A stretch of DNA of 64,000 nt from Paragordius varius (Eukaryota > Animalia > Nematomorpha). The stretch covers positions 8,742,001 to 8,806,000 of the forward strand of contig OZ176051.1 of assembly GCA_964247055.1 (NCBI GenBank), read 5' to 3'. Under the pieces are notes generated by a model that was not told the origin of the DNA, made no database searches, and saw only the letters and a program-made list of their open reading frames with translations. A program made the translations under genes and the position numbers. Position 1 is the first letter of the stretch, and every line of letters begins with the position of its first letter. Positions 1 to 13,467 of this stretch are shown in pieces.

Positions 1-2279
1 AAGATATGAAACAAAACCCTTTCCGGCTCTACCAAAAAATGTGTGGCTAAAGTGGAATCCCTCGTAACCCCGATAATGGGGAAAATACAAAGCCCAATAT
101 CCGTATCATGAATCTTTTTAGATAAAAGATTATTTTTTTGTTAAAATATTGATATTTAATTATATTACAACTTAATATTATCTTACAATTTGAAAATATT
201 AATAATTAAAAATGATTATTTTTTTATTATTACGATTATAGATTACCCACATATTAGTAAAATCAAGGAAGGTAAAACATTAGGACTAAATTTAAATTGG
301 AGGAGGCATGATGTTAATTCTCGGTCTTATTTATATATATATGTAATTAGACAATAGGCGAAACTTGATCTATAAAATTTTTTATTTTATGATTAAAAAA
401 GGTGGATCAGTTTTAGTGCTGGTTGCACTAACAAATTAACTGGTAGTTGTTATCAAATTATACAATCATAATAATTGAAACATAAAAATTTTAGCGGTCA
501 ACAACTACGATTCTACCATAACATTTAAAATTATTTTTAATATAAAAATTTCCCAATAATGAGTTTAAGTAGAAATTAAATATTTGGCTTTTAGAGTTAC
601 CGATCAATTATATTAAAATTAAAGAATTAAAAAATTGGTTGTACTATTGATTGACTGAGATACCGACAATCATTATAATTATTTGACACTTTTACATGCA
701 TTGATCTGGGTATTTAATAATAATAATTATAATCTATATAAGAGTATATTAAGAAACAGTGTTACGCTTTGAATACATTATTTACAGGGCTTTGAAACGG
801 AACCACATGAAGCGGGTACCCGGTTCTTATATGGTTTCTTTTCAAAAAATAAACTTTTTTTGTTTTAATAGCTCAATAACATAATTTCTAATTTACCATC
901 AAAATGGAATAACCATCATAATTTTTAAATTTTTTGGTTAAAATTATTAAAATTGATCATTTGATAACATTTTGTTCTTGAATCCGATTGAAATGGAATA
1001 ACCATGCTGTTTGAATATCATACCTCACTTAAAGAAAACACAGACATAATTGTTTACTTATTTTCCAAATCTATAGATTAAGAACATTTTCCTTTATAAA
1101 TCTGGTATAAAACCATAAATATAGCGTATATAATAAATTACTTATAACGGAAAAAATGATCTACACTATCTTGGTAAACCAGAGCCCATGGGCCGAATGA
1201 GGCCCACAAAATTTTTTTGACCACAGATTTTGTAAAATATCATCGTGTAGGTTACATTAACGATATATATTACGGCTTACAACATAGAAAGAACATATTT
1301 CACGCTATATTAAATATTTTCAGAACTGAGAACTAGTCTTACGACCCAAGTACTTGATTCAATAATTTATGTTAATACTCTTATTACTTATCTTTATTAT
1401 TATACATTTGGCTATTTATTTTTTTCTAACAATTATGAATGAAATGTTGTATGAAAATCATTTAATGAAAAGTCAATTTCGGACACAAACTTCCAGAACC
1501 CGGCTCCAATTCCACTTTTTGCGAATCGGATCGAAACCCTGATAGTTTATGATATGTGCATATTATCAAAAATAATATAATTGTATTACTTCTCCCATAT
1601 TTTTCCGTTTTATTGTACATTATTTGCGATCCTGATTTCACAAAATCTGATGGTTGATACAAATAATTATACAATTTTTTTGGCAAATTAATTATAAGAC
1701 ATGTAAAAATATTTTTAAAATATCTCTTTGTCATACATGTATACACATATATATATATAATCTAAATTTAATAAAAAGCAAGAGCAAAGCATTCTTTAAT
1801 TTACAATTAAAATTAGGTTATATAAAATCTTTGATACTTGATTATACCATTTTTTCAATTTGGCTTTAATATTCTTCAAAAAAATGAAACATGATCCATC
1901 GCACCTTAAAAACGGTCGGGGGGGGAGATATTATTGTTTTGAAAAATAAATTAATGTTATAACCAATTCTTTCATAGGTTTTAAGCACTTCTATTGATTT
2001 CTAAAGGGTCAGAAAACAATCAGTCATATTATAAAAAGAAATGTAAAGGTAGTAAGCAGTCAAATTTTTTTTCTTCATTATGTTTTTGGGTATTCATAAG
2101 TCTTTATAATTGTCATAAAAAAGGGAAGACACTGTGATATTCGAATGTTTAATATTGCGCTCTTAAAAACACGATTATTTGATTTCCTAAAAAACAAATT
2201 TGGGCTTATGTGCTCGTAATGGACGCTTAAAATAAGTTTTCCTTTTGCCATTAAATTTTAGAGACCTAACCCTATTATT

Positions 2280-2520
2280 ATTCGAGAGATAAAATAAAAG
2301 AGAATGGAAAAAGTTCTTTTGGAGAGATGACGGATCTTATAAGATTTAAAAATTAGGAATTAAATTGCCAAATAATAAGTTGAGACGGTGGATTAGGAAC
2401 AAAACAATTTTGTTCGGTCATATTGTAAATTTTGTCAGGATTCATTAAATTCAAATGACTGGAGTATAGTTGAAGGGAAAGGGACAATGGCTGCATTAAT
2501 AGAGAGATAGAACTCAGTTT
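2280..2520 (+). mobile_element. Degraded 3' fragment of an RTE-clade LINE
   Basis: Frameshifted translation gives RTE C-terminal-like motifs (FGHI, IVEGKG); it stops just before the Helitron-like element at 2531. Confidence 0.5.
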
Positions 2521-2530
2521 TCCTAGTTAA

Positions 2531-3735
2531 TCTATATATTTATAAAAATGGAAAATGCTGGCTTTGTGATCTGTTTCCAAACGGGTAAACCCATTCAAAT
2601 CCAAATATCAAAAAATTATAATCATTAATGAATGCCCCTATAATACCTTCGCCCTTTTTTGAATTAGGTCCCCAGCTCGGGTCCACCTCGTGAAAAAACG
2701 GGTTTTTTATGAAAACAGAAGTCCACAAAAATCGTGTCTTTGAGACAATTTTCCGGAGAACGTGTTGGACCATTCAATTTAAAATATGATTTTTGTTTAC
2801 TTATTTTCGATTGCGCCGAACATAGTCGGCTCGCTTTTTTAATTTGGGCCCTCTTTTTACCCACTTCCCCCGTAAAATGCCATTTTTTTAAAAAAAACAA
2901 AGTCCAATCAAAAATAATTTTTTGATTCTATTTTTCACCCAAGGTATGAGACCGTAAAAATTCAACAAAGATTCCACGTATTCCCTGTTAAAAGGCAAAA
3001 ATTTTAGTCAAGCGTTTCTTTGATGATGGCTGCTGGGTAGGGAGCTACCCGCTAAAAACTGATTTATCATGTGGCTTTGTGATCTGTTTCCGGAAAACCG
3101 GTGAACCCATTCAAATCCAAACATTGAAAAAATATAATCATTAATAAATGCCTCTACAATAGCTTCGCCCTTTTTTTGAAATAGGCCCCCAGTTCGGGCC
3201 CACCCCGTGTCAAAAAAGGCGTTTTTTAGTAAGGAGCTACCCGCTAAAAACTGCATCATGTGTGGTGATCTGTTTCCGAAAAACTGGTAGACCCATTCAA
3301 ATCCAAATATCGAAAAAATATAATCATTAATGAATGGCCCGACAATAGCTTCTCCCTTTTTTTGAAATAGGTCCCCAGTTCAGGCCCTGCCCGTGTCAAA
3401 AACGGGTTTTAAAATCGTGTCTTTGAGACAATTTTCCGGAGAACGTGTTGGACCATTCAATTTAAAATATGATTTTTGTTTACTTATTTTCGATTGCGCC
3501 GAACATAGTCGGCTCGCTTTTTTAATTTAGGCCCTCTTTTTACCCGCTCTGTCAGTAAAATGCCTTTTTTTTCAAAAATTAAGTCCACAAAAATAATTTT
3601 TTGATTCTATTTTTCGCCCAAGTTATGAGACCGTAAAAATTCAATAAGGATTCCACATATTCCCTGTTAAAAGACAAAAATTTTAGTCAAGCTTTAATGA
3701 TAGCTGCTGGGTAAGGAGCTACCGGCTAAAAAGTG
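2531..3735 (+). mobile_element. Head-to-tail array of three Helitron-like non-autonomous units
   Basis: Starts A|TCTATATATTTATAAAAATG (Helitron-style 5' TC end). Units at ~2531-3062, ~3072-3255 (internally deleted) and ~3262-3735 share GGCTTTGTGATCTGTTTCC...CCCATTCAAATCCAAA. No TIR or TSD. Homologous to 4478-4988 and, inverted, to 39699-40716. Confidence 0.6.
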
Positions 3736-4324
3736 ACCAGTCATATGATAGCGTGCTTTTGAGGCTAAATTTCTGAAAACTCATCAGGCCATATGAGTTC
3801 AATAGCTGCCTAAAGTATTACCCGTAATCAAAAATTTAAGTCGAGCGGATTTTTTGAATTAGCCGTTAAATACGCCTTTTACTCCCTAAAAACTGCGCTA
3901 TCATTGAACTATTATTAAGTTTGAAGCCATTCTTCCATAAACTATTAGGAATGAACGATGATTCCTGGTATAAATGCAAAATTTTTTATTCTTATATTGG
4001 CCTCTGGGGGGGCTACCCCCCTACAACTGCGCCATGATATCGATACAGCATGCCTTTGGAGCCAAAGAAAACTTATGAGACTATGTGAATCATTTTAAAA
4101 CTTCGTGCCGCATAACAAAATTGCTTATAAAATCAAAAATATATTATGCTCATTTTAAATAAAATTGTCTATCTCAATATTCGAACGAGACAATTAAATG
4201 ATCAATCAGACTTTTTTGATTTCAAACATAAAATCGTATTAGTTTTTTGTTTTATTATTTATTTATCTATCATATGTATAGGATGTTGAAAAATATATGG
4301 ATAATAAAACATTATTTATGTTAA

Positions 4325-4477
4325 TCTATCTATATATTTGATTGGATATGATAAAAGAGGAGACTATAATGGCATTAAACGATCTCAATCTAGCGGTAAA
4401 AGATAGAAGAAAATGGAAAGAAATAGTGAGACTATATCCAAAAAGTCGTTTATGACTTAGGAATAACCAACCAACCA
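4325..4477 (+). mobile_element. RTE-clade LINE extreme 3' end with (CCAA)n tail
   Basis: Translates as DMIKEETIMALNDLNLAVKDRRKWKEIVRLYPKSRL*, resembling the RTE/BovB C-terminus, followed by AACCAACCAACC. Probably the continuation of 2280-2520. Confidence 0.6.
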
Positions 4478-4988
4478 TCTATATATTTATTAAAATGGAA
4501 AATGCTGGCTTTGTGATCTGTTTCCAAACGGGTAAACCCATTCAAATCCAAATATCAAAAAATTATAATCTTTAATGAATGCCCCTATAATAGCTTCGCC
4601 CTTTTTTGAATTAGGTCCCCAGCTCGGGTCCACCTCGTGAAAAAACGGGTTTTTTATGAAAACAGAAGTCCACAAAAATCGTGTCTTTGAGACAATTTTC
4701 CGGAGAACGTGTTGGACCATTCAATTTCAAATATGATTTTTGTTTACTTATTTTCGATTGCGCCGAACATAGTCGGCTCGCTTTTTTAATTTGGGCCCTC
4801 TTTTTACCCGCTCCCCCCGTAAAATGCCATTTTTTTTAAAAAAACAGAGTCCACAAAAATAATTTTTTGATTCTATTTTTCACCCAAGGTATGAGACCGT
4901 AAAAATTCAATAACGATTCCATGTATTCCCTGTTAAATGGCAAAAATTCTAGTCCACGCGTTTCTTTGATGATAGCTGCTGGGTAAGG
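4478..4988 (+). mobile_element. Helitron-like unit, 3'-truncated
   Basis: A|TCTATATATTTATTAAAATGG start; near-identical to 2531-3040. The duplicate ORFs 2540-2773 and 4490-4720 in the track come from this repeat. Confidence 0.6.
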
Positions 4989-5856
4989 ATATGTGGATAA
5001 TTTTATCGTCCCTTTTTTAAATAGCCCCCTTCCCCCTCCTCCCCCAGAAGTCCGAAGGACTTCCTCGGGCTGCGTGACGAGATTTACGCTGATAAATATT
5101 GGAATAATTGATATTTAAATTTAAACTTAGGGTATATACCAACCAAATTAAAATAAAATTATTTCACGGTTATATATTTGATTAAGAAGAGCGTGAATAA
5201 AATTCCAGTGATTTTGTTCTGGGAAAATTTCAGAATATTTTGTTAAACTTAAATGGGGGAGCAAAATGTGCTGAATATATAAAAGTATTGAAAGATTTCA
5301 GGTATTTTTTTGTCAATGTAACCGATTTTTTATGTAAAAATCTTAATCTCAATGATTGTTGCGGTTGCATTTTTTTCATTCAAATTAGAATGTAGACTGT
5401 AACTTAGAAATACCCATTAATTTTGGATAATGATAAAAAAATGTTATTTCTGCTTCTATTGGTAAAATTAAAAAAAATTTAGTAAAAAATAAAAATAATT
5501 TATACTTTGCATTAAAAAGTTTAATAACTAGAAAATAATTTAAATATTTTTTTTGAAACGTTTATACCTGGCGTTCCATTCGTTTTAAATAGAATAGTTA
5601 TGGTTAGGTTTCCACAAAAACAGTGGTCACAATCCCAATATTATAAACAATTATATTGCATACATTGCATATAAATTGATAATATAACTAATACTATTAG
5701 TCATTATTTAATTTAATTTTACATTTAATAAGTAATTATGATTACATTTTATTATGTTTTAAACGAAAAGAGTCATAAAAAATTAATGTTTAATCCACAA
5801 AACGCGAATGATTAGCCTAAAAGTAGAAGTTTTAAATTAAATATATTACATTTTAC

Positions 5857-7850
5857 CGTTGTTATGTTCACAATCAGTTATCATAACTTTGATGGGATCA
5901 GTCTGAAACGGCAGGTAGTAAACATCACCTCCTGGGATACGGAGTTCTATTCTGGTAAAATATTTGATTCGTCGATTAAATATTCTTTCGATCGTTAAAT
6001 TCGGATAAATTTCATGTATTTGTAGGGAATCATTGTGTGGTTGTAAAAATCTCAACTATTAATTTAAGACATATATTTTTGCAAAAAAATTCAAAATTTT
6101 ATTTATAATGGTCTGATGTCTATGATTGTTTTGCTAAAGTCAAAAGCCTTTACAGAAAAATGTGTTACTTGTTGAAGAGTTTTTATATTGTACAACAATC
6201 GAAAGCGAGAAAAATCGTAACATAATTCAATCTCTTTGTTGAGATTATCATCGCCATACGTGACACCAAAATCATCGTTATCGTGACCACATACTTTTGT
6301 GATAGGAGTTACTAAAGGTCGGATATCCAGAAAAAACTAAATATAAAAATATTTAAGCAACATATGGTTAAAGCAGCCCATAAAATGCACAAGTTTTTTA
6401 GTAAATTAAAGTTTATTTTAAAATATAGATGTAATTTACAAGAACTGAGGGGGAACTATGGTTGCTATTTTTTTCCGTTACATCAACCTAACATTAGATT
6501 GAAAGCGATAATTGTTTGGTTAAATATGCCTGGGAATTAGTTTAATACGGGTGCATGACATTTAATGAGTTCATTATTTGTTAAAGTCTTTTAGCAAAAT
6601 AGGAAATACATTGACAAGATTCTGCCCCTTTAGAGGCTCTTGTACTGATACTAAGTGTTAATTCTTATTAAATTGTTTGTTTAGAAAATATATTAATTTT
6701 AAAAAATTTATCTTAATAAAATTTATTTTAGCCTTTTAAATATATGTTCACTTAGTCTTTTTAGAATAAGATATTTTTAGATAAAGTAGGGGTATGCAAT
6801 GCCCTTTAAAAATAAGGCATAAAAATGGTAAACATATGCTAATAAAATTCCTAACTTAACTTTGAAGAGCATAACGCTGTTTTAGTTATTAACAATTTTT
6901 AAAAAAGCTTAACAAAGCTCTATGTCCCTAATGGTCAAAGATTATTTTAGTTGAAAATAGAAGATTATATTTTTAATCAATAAAAATATTAAAATTTTAT
7001 CTAGACAAAATAAGATCGAAAAACAATACAACTCTAAACTTTTTCAATTAAAGTATCTTTTTGCATACTGTTGTTTATATCAAAAATACTTAGCATTTTT
7101 GTATTTTTGTTTGTTTTCTCACGTCCTTTGGACGCTTCTCGCCATTTTATTTTCATGCCAACAATTGTTTCTAAATATCACTAATCGATTTAATTTGGGT
7201 TAAATTAAAGTTAAAATTTTACAAAAACTACTGAAGGAAACGGTCCTAATTTAATTTATGCTTATATCCTAATAAAAATTATATAAATAAGCTAAAATAT
7301 TTTATAAATTTTCGTTTTAAAAAAAACGTTCCATGTCAAACTACTTCGACGCCTTTTTATTTGGCAAAATGTGCAAAATATCGCGTCCGTTTATTTTTCA
7401 AGGCGTAATTAACAATTTTTTATTTACACATCAAATAAATATCAAGTATTTTAAAAAAGGTTTTTTAATTCCGGTTTATTAATATATAAGTAGAAAATTT
7501 TGCCATGGTTTCTATTCCTTCCATAGTTTTTAAAGCATTTATTTACAGGCCTGGGGTATCCACTAGCCCATTTTGGATCGAAGGACTAAAATGAATGTGT
7601 TGTCTCCAAGTCTTAATCCGCATTAAATAGTATATATATATATATATATTAAGAAAAATAATTTAAATTTACGCTGGCGTTAAAAATTAGAATATATAAT
7701 TGCATATCGTGATAGTCTTCCCAGGAAAGATAATATTCATAATTTGGTCTTCCTCTGGTTATTTTTCGATTTTGATTAAGTAATGCCAGATGGTGTCTTG
7801 AATAAAATTTTTGCAGAATGTGATTGGCAAGAAAACGGTCATGATATCTT
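5857..7850 (-). CDS. Three in-frame internal exons of an unknown gene (7850-7673, 6336-6169, 6055-5857); possible paralog of the Ig-like gene at 23409-28533
   Basis: All three are bounded by AG/GT and splice in frame (phase 2>0, 0>0, 0>1) without stops: RYHDRFLANHILQK...YYLSWEDYHDMQLYILIFNAS|FFLDIRPLVTPITKVCGH...NIKTLQQ|LRFLQPHNDS...DCEHNN. Start and end exons are not established. Confidence 0.5.
7200..7620. repeat. Dispersed repeat family (TE-derived), also at ~59895-60420
   Basis: AAAAACTACTGAAGGAAACGGT at ~7225 and ~60283 (same strand); ACAACACATTCATT(T/C)AGTCCTT on the - strand at ~7600 and the + strand at ~59917. Confidence 0.55.
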
Positions 7851-8317
7851 CTACAATACACATAAAAAAATAACCTTCAACAAAAATTGAAAGATTATTG
7901 ATAAAAATAGTATGTCAATGGGTTTAAACACGATATAAATTTTTAATTCTATTGTTAACATATTTTTTTAATTTCTTCTATATGTACTAAATCGTTATGA
8001 AACACTTAATCAACCGCAAAGAGCACCTATTTTTATAATGAAAAACGCAAAATGCCCTTCTCTCATATAGTTCTTATAGTCCTGGACAATTTTTTTTTAC
8101 CAAATTCAACGTATTATACAAATAAATAATAGCCGAATTAATTTGCTACAACTAAAAAACTAATTAGACCATATATAAATTTAACAGCTCCAAATGTTAG
8201 TATTTCGGTATTTGAACAATTTTTAATAGATATATCCTGTTTTTAGAGTACATAAAGTTTTTATCGGAATGTTTTAATAAAGGAATTCTTTTAACCTATG
8301 TTAATGGGCCTTTAGAT

Positions 8318-8488
8318 CAGGGGTGTCATGCGGTCCATGAAAAATTTGGATATCCATAATTGGCACAAATATGCAGATGAATATTAATAAATTGGTATTT
8401 TTTTAGCAAGTTTTCTAAATAAGCTAGACAATCGGCAAACTTGAAAAAAAAGTTATGTATTTCGCAGTTTTATGATTATATTTATTAT

Positions 8489-8553
<65 letters not shown>

Positions 8554-8593
8554 AAATGCAGCCTGTTAAGCCATTTGTGTTGAATAGCCCCTG
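8318..8593. mobile_element. hAT (Buster-type) MITE containing a (TA)n tract
   Basis: Ends CAGGGG...CCCCTG; perfect 8-bp TSD CTTTAGAT (8310-8317 and 8594-8601) with the central TA typical of Buster targets; (TA)n at ~8491-8548. Confidence 0.85.
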
Positions 8594-8710
8594 CTTTAGA
8601 TTATTAAGGGAGATGTTTGTAAGTAACGGAATTTTTAATATTATATTTCATGAATTTAAATAATCATTTATATATGGATTTTGAAAAATTATTAAAAATT
8701 TGGTCTAAAC

Positions 8711-10167
8711 TAGGGCTTCTTAAACTTTTCTGAGTCGCGACCCCATTTGTGATCGCAAATTTCTTGGCGACCCCAATAAATATAATGGAAAAATAATTAA
8801 TATTTTTTGGTGATATATTTATTAAGAAACAATATATATGTGCATAAAAATATATAAATTTAGAATTCGTTTTGAAACATAAAAAATTATAAATCAAAAT
8901 TTGCACTATTCCGATTATTATAATATATTGCATAAATTTACTATGAATCCGTAGATGTTATAGAAATTTATTAATACATATATTTTTGTCCATCTCTTAA
9001 AACCGAAATAATTATTGTTATTGAAGGACGAGATCGAAATATTTTAACTGAGTAAAAATGAGAATTTGCTGCTTTTTTTCAAAATGACTTGTGGCTATCC
9101 AAGTGTTATTTGTCGGAAATAATTGCGAATTAAACGATCCCAACTTGTATTTTCACGGAAAAACATGCATACATATACTTCAAGCGATGAAATTGCAAGT
9201 TTTATTTAAAATAACAGCATTTCTAAAATTAATTTTGTAATTAAGAAAATTGATTGTAAAATTTATATTGAAAACTTTGTAGATCACTAAAAAGCGCTAG
9301 AAATACATTTCCTGACATATTTTATATTAAATATTATTAAATTATTTGCATTCAAAAGCCTTGGATTGGCTTAAGTAAGATTGATCATCTGCTACTTAAA
9401 ACTCAAGAGGAATTTGCTAAGATTTTGTGTAAAACTACAATTCCAAAAAATCCCTTGAATGAATTCTGGATCTAAACTAGGACTGAATCAATCGCCGACA
9501 TGAAATGTACTTTTGCCATTTAACACCACATATTTATGTGAAGTTACTTTCTCAACTTTAACAAACATTAAATCCCAATATCGTTCAGCGATAAAATATG
9601 TTGAAGAGGTTTTACCTAGTTTCAAAGATTACACCAAGATTACAGTCTTTCAAAATATTCTTTAGATTTATTGACATACGAAACATGCTTTGATTCAAAA
9701 TGTTAATTTTGATGGTTTCATACTCTCCGAAGCCAATAATTTATTTATCAAAGAGGTTGTTCATTACCATTACAATTTTGAAATGTGAAGAGAAAAAAAG
9801 AATTATATTTTCTTTTTCGCATATTAGATGTCTCTTTTCCAATACTTTGTCCTGACTGAGAAGAATTTGTTGTTTTAATATCTTTGTCATTACAATTTTT
9901 ATTTAACAGCCATTTATCTATGGGCAAAAATTATTTTTATCCTAAATAAATATATAAAAATAACATATTGCAGATTATATTTGATATACTGAATAAAAAG
10001 AAAAATCTTGTTACAGAGTGACAAATTAAAACTAGAAGAGCAAATATAATTGTTTTTTCACAAAAGACGTTCCCAAAGACAATTTTTTCTTCAATCTTAA
10101 TTAAAACATGTGAATCAGCTATGTTCGGAAGAGATATGCTGGTATAAACAATTTTTCGGAACCAGAT

Positions 10168-10217
<50 letters not shown>

Positions 10218-10331
10218 ATTGTTATTTATTATAACAATAATTTTACAAGTTAAAAAACATTTTTTGTTAAATTGAATTTTTATTACTCGCGACCCCAAAT
10301 GTGTTGGCGACCCATAGTTTAAAAACCCCTG
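8711..10331 (+). mobile_element. Internally deleted Buster/ZBED-type hAT transposon
   Basis: TIRs TAGGGCTTCTTAAACT / AGTTTAAAAACCCCTG; TSD GTCTAAAC / GTCTAAAT. Decayed transposase at ~9000-9630, including LPFNTTYLCEVTFSTLTNIKSQYRS (hAT C-terminal dimerisation motif). Confidence 0.85.
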
Positions 10332-12790
10332 GTCTAAATAGTTATTAAATTATCAAAAAAACATTAATTACCCCAATAATGATATAATTATAAAAAAACT
10401 GAAGAATGTGTCCATAAAAAATTTGATAAATCTTATATATAAATTAAGATTCTCATATAAGTTTAACCTATGGGTGATATTAGTAAGTTATTGCGACTGT
10501 GGTAAATGTTCCATATCAAAAATGGTAAAATTTGAGCATAATTTGGAAAATAATTTTTTTGAATGCGTCATTTCAAAATATAACTAAAATATATTATAAA
10601 TATATAAGCAAAAATATTTTTAATTAGTTGTGAGCTCTGAAAGTCTAAAATTTTTAAACCTGTCCGAAATAAGTTTTTTAAATGAAAAGGGCCAAGTGAT
10701 GATATTTTTTATAGCCAAGTAAAGCGAGTGGGTTTTAAACACTTTTCATTACTTATATAATTCAATAATTTTGAACGTTTCTATCACCGCACAATTTAAA
10801 TTTAAAGGTTTTCCCTTCAAACCCGGTTGATTTTATTCAACATCAATATATATAAAAATGTGTTTTTACGAAACGAGTTTTTCCGTTTACATCATCAATC
10901 AAAATAGCAAGAACTATGCCTCAATAAAATTTTGCTAAACAATAAACTTTTAAATGAAGTATACATTTTTCGAAATATATTTTTTGATTCCATAATCTGG
11001 CATACAAAAAATAATAAAATGCGTTTATTCTAAGAAAACTAGCCCAATTTAGTGGTGGGAAAATTTCGACTTTAGAGCCCATATTTAATAATTAAAATTT
11101 TTTATTTAATTGTTTACTTTTTTATAGTTTATCCTATATTTTAAAATCTTCGCAATAAAGCCTTCAGCTTCTTTTAAAAAATTTGTTAAATATTGCTATT
11201 TTACGATGAACAATTACCACAAAAATGATAACTCGCTTATACAAAAGAATTCTGATACATTTATATATCAGATTATCTTTTCATTGAAACCCCATGATAT
11301 GGTGGGCAGTATAGTCGTTTTTATTATTCCATGCTGTTTCTTTTATTTTAATAAGTGCTTTAAATTTTGGGTGAAATATAAAATATGCTTTTTAAACGTT
11401 CTAGGCTTCAAAATCTTAATTTTTTAGACGTCATTGCATTTCTTAATCGCTAATTCTGCATGTAAATAATGTATATTATGGTTAAATGTCATATTATTAT
11501 TACAAAAAGCACTAATGTATAACTCATGAATTTATATTTATATCCAAATCAGCTGTTTGTTTTAATTGTTTGTGGTTTAATTAGAAGATACAAAATTGTA
11601 TTAAAAAGCTATATAACATAATAATTATAAAGAATATTCAAAACAGTACTTTATATATAAATTAAATAACGGATAAAAAATCAACAAAAAAAGTTGGCTA
11701 GAATAAATGAAAAGGTAGGGAATCTCAAAATAAATGATTTTAGATAAATGATTAAAATAGACTATAAAATATTTTTAGAAAATGATTATTATATACATAT
11801 TTTTATAATAATTTATACTCGGTTATATTCATTGGCTTAGAAATTTCTTCAGTTCTCCACTCTAATCGATTGCATAAAACTACATATAAATTATATTAAT
11901 TTAAGTGTAAAATATATATAATATAAAACTGTAATAATAAATACATTTTGTAGTTTCATCCAAACCCGTCTCTGAGGTAGTTGATTCGGCATATATTATT
12001 CCACCTATTTGAATTTAAAGATGTTTAACAAAAATATATTAAACTTATCTGAGATTAGTTTCATTGTTATAAAATGACAGCATCTAAAAATATGACCGTC
12101 TCCAAAAAACTACTCAAAAATTATTAGTATTATTTAACACGTGATTGAACAATGATACAAAATTATTTTAATATTAGGTGAAGTTAGTTTCATTGTTTCA
12201 ATTGCTTCAATTAATAACTGTAATGTAAGAAATTTTATTGGTAAGTTTATTTTGTAATCATTATATTTGTATTCTATTTCGCCATATCTAGATATCCAAC
12301 ATTACTTAGTGACTTTTATCAGAACAAATAGTATTTTTATAGTAAACTTTTAAATTTAGCTTATGTATAAAAAATGTATATTTTTTTCAAATTTGCCCGC
12401 TGAAAGAAAATATTTTTATTTTATTGATTACTATGAACTTTTCACATTTGTGTCGGAAAATTGAAATGTAAGAGACAATTAAGTGTTCTTTCACTTTCTT
12501 ATAAGCTAAAGATAAAATGCTGATTTTCAATTGCTTAGCCTATTTGTTTTTTGCATCTATTAGTTCTTTTACATGGAGTTTACCCATTTTAAAGATTTTG
12601 AAAGCGTTTCATTCACACATAAATCCAAAAATGGAAAATATATTAATTCATTAATCTTTTGTATAAAAATTTGGTATATTATAATAATTATAAAAGCTAT
12701 ATGGACACTTTAAATAGAGATATGGTTTGATTAATTTTATTTTATTCATTGTAGTGTTTTTCAAGTTTTTAATAAAGTTACAAGACATAC

Positions 12791-12839
12791 CTGTCGACAA
12801 AGTACAAATTACAACTAATAATTCCAAGAAAATACGCAT
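12791..12839 (-). CDS. Candidate signal-peptide first exon
   Basis: ATG...MRIFLELLVVICTLST followed by a phase-1 donor G|GTATGT. I could not link it reliably to downstream exons. Confidence 0.3.
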
Positions 12840-13467
12840 GATATGATGGAATTTGTATATAAGGTTAAGGTTATATAACTATTGAAAAAAATTAATATTT
12901 GTTAAAAGAAAAAAGACTTAATCTGTAAATTAATATACATAACTAATATAAAGTTCACATGGAGTTTAAGGACCTTTTATCAAAATATAGTCAGCAGTGC
13001 TGATGTATGGAAATCTATTTTTACACGATAACGCATAGGTTAAAAGAATCACGTTCCATGAAAACACTGCAAAAATTTGGATAAAATTGTCAATAAATAA
13101 TAATAATAAAATATGTATATAGCTAGAGACATCCCATAATTCTAGTCATTGGTTCTTTTAAAATGGATGTGAATGCCGAAAAAAGGCGATACTAAATTGT
13201 AACTAGTAGATATTTTTTCATATAAACCCATTTTAACTACTTTCTAAAATTTAACGAAGTCTTAATCTTTCTATCCCCCTCTTTGGAGAATGGGAAGGAT
13301 TTACAATTAATTACATGTATTATTGTTTTAAATTTTATGACCCTAAATATGTTTAATCCAATAAACATTTTTTTGAAAAAATTAAGCCATACACATTAAA
13401 ATATGGAAACTATGTGGCGATTTAAAATTTATATTATATGCTTAAATATATGGGTCTAACCATTTAA

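Noticed and set aside
1-125. Open minus-strand frame IHDTDIGLCIFPIIGVTRDSTLATHFLVEPERVLFHI at the window edge
   Set aside because: Could be an exon, but its phase does not fit the 5857 donor and it is cut by the window boundary.
784-1746. ORF 1462-1746 and a possible MITE at 784-1541
   Set aside because: The ORF is low-complexity with no motif; the CAGGG...CCCTG ends are only loosely complementary and no TSD was found.
7546-7584. Possible 39-bp mini-exon SFDPKWASGYPRP (- strand)
   Set aside because: The same sequence recurs at ~59915-59965 as part of a dispersed repeat.
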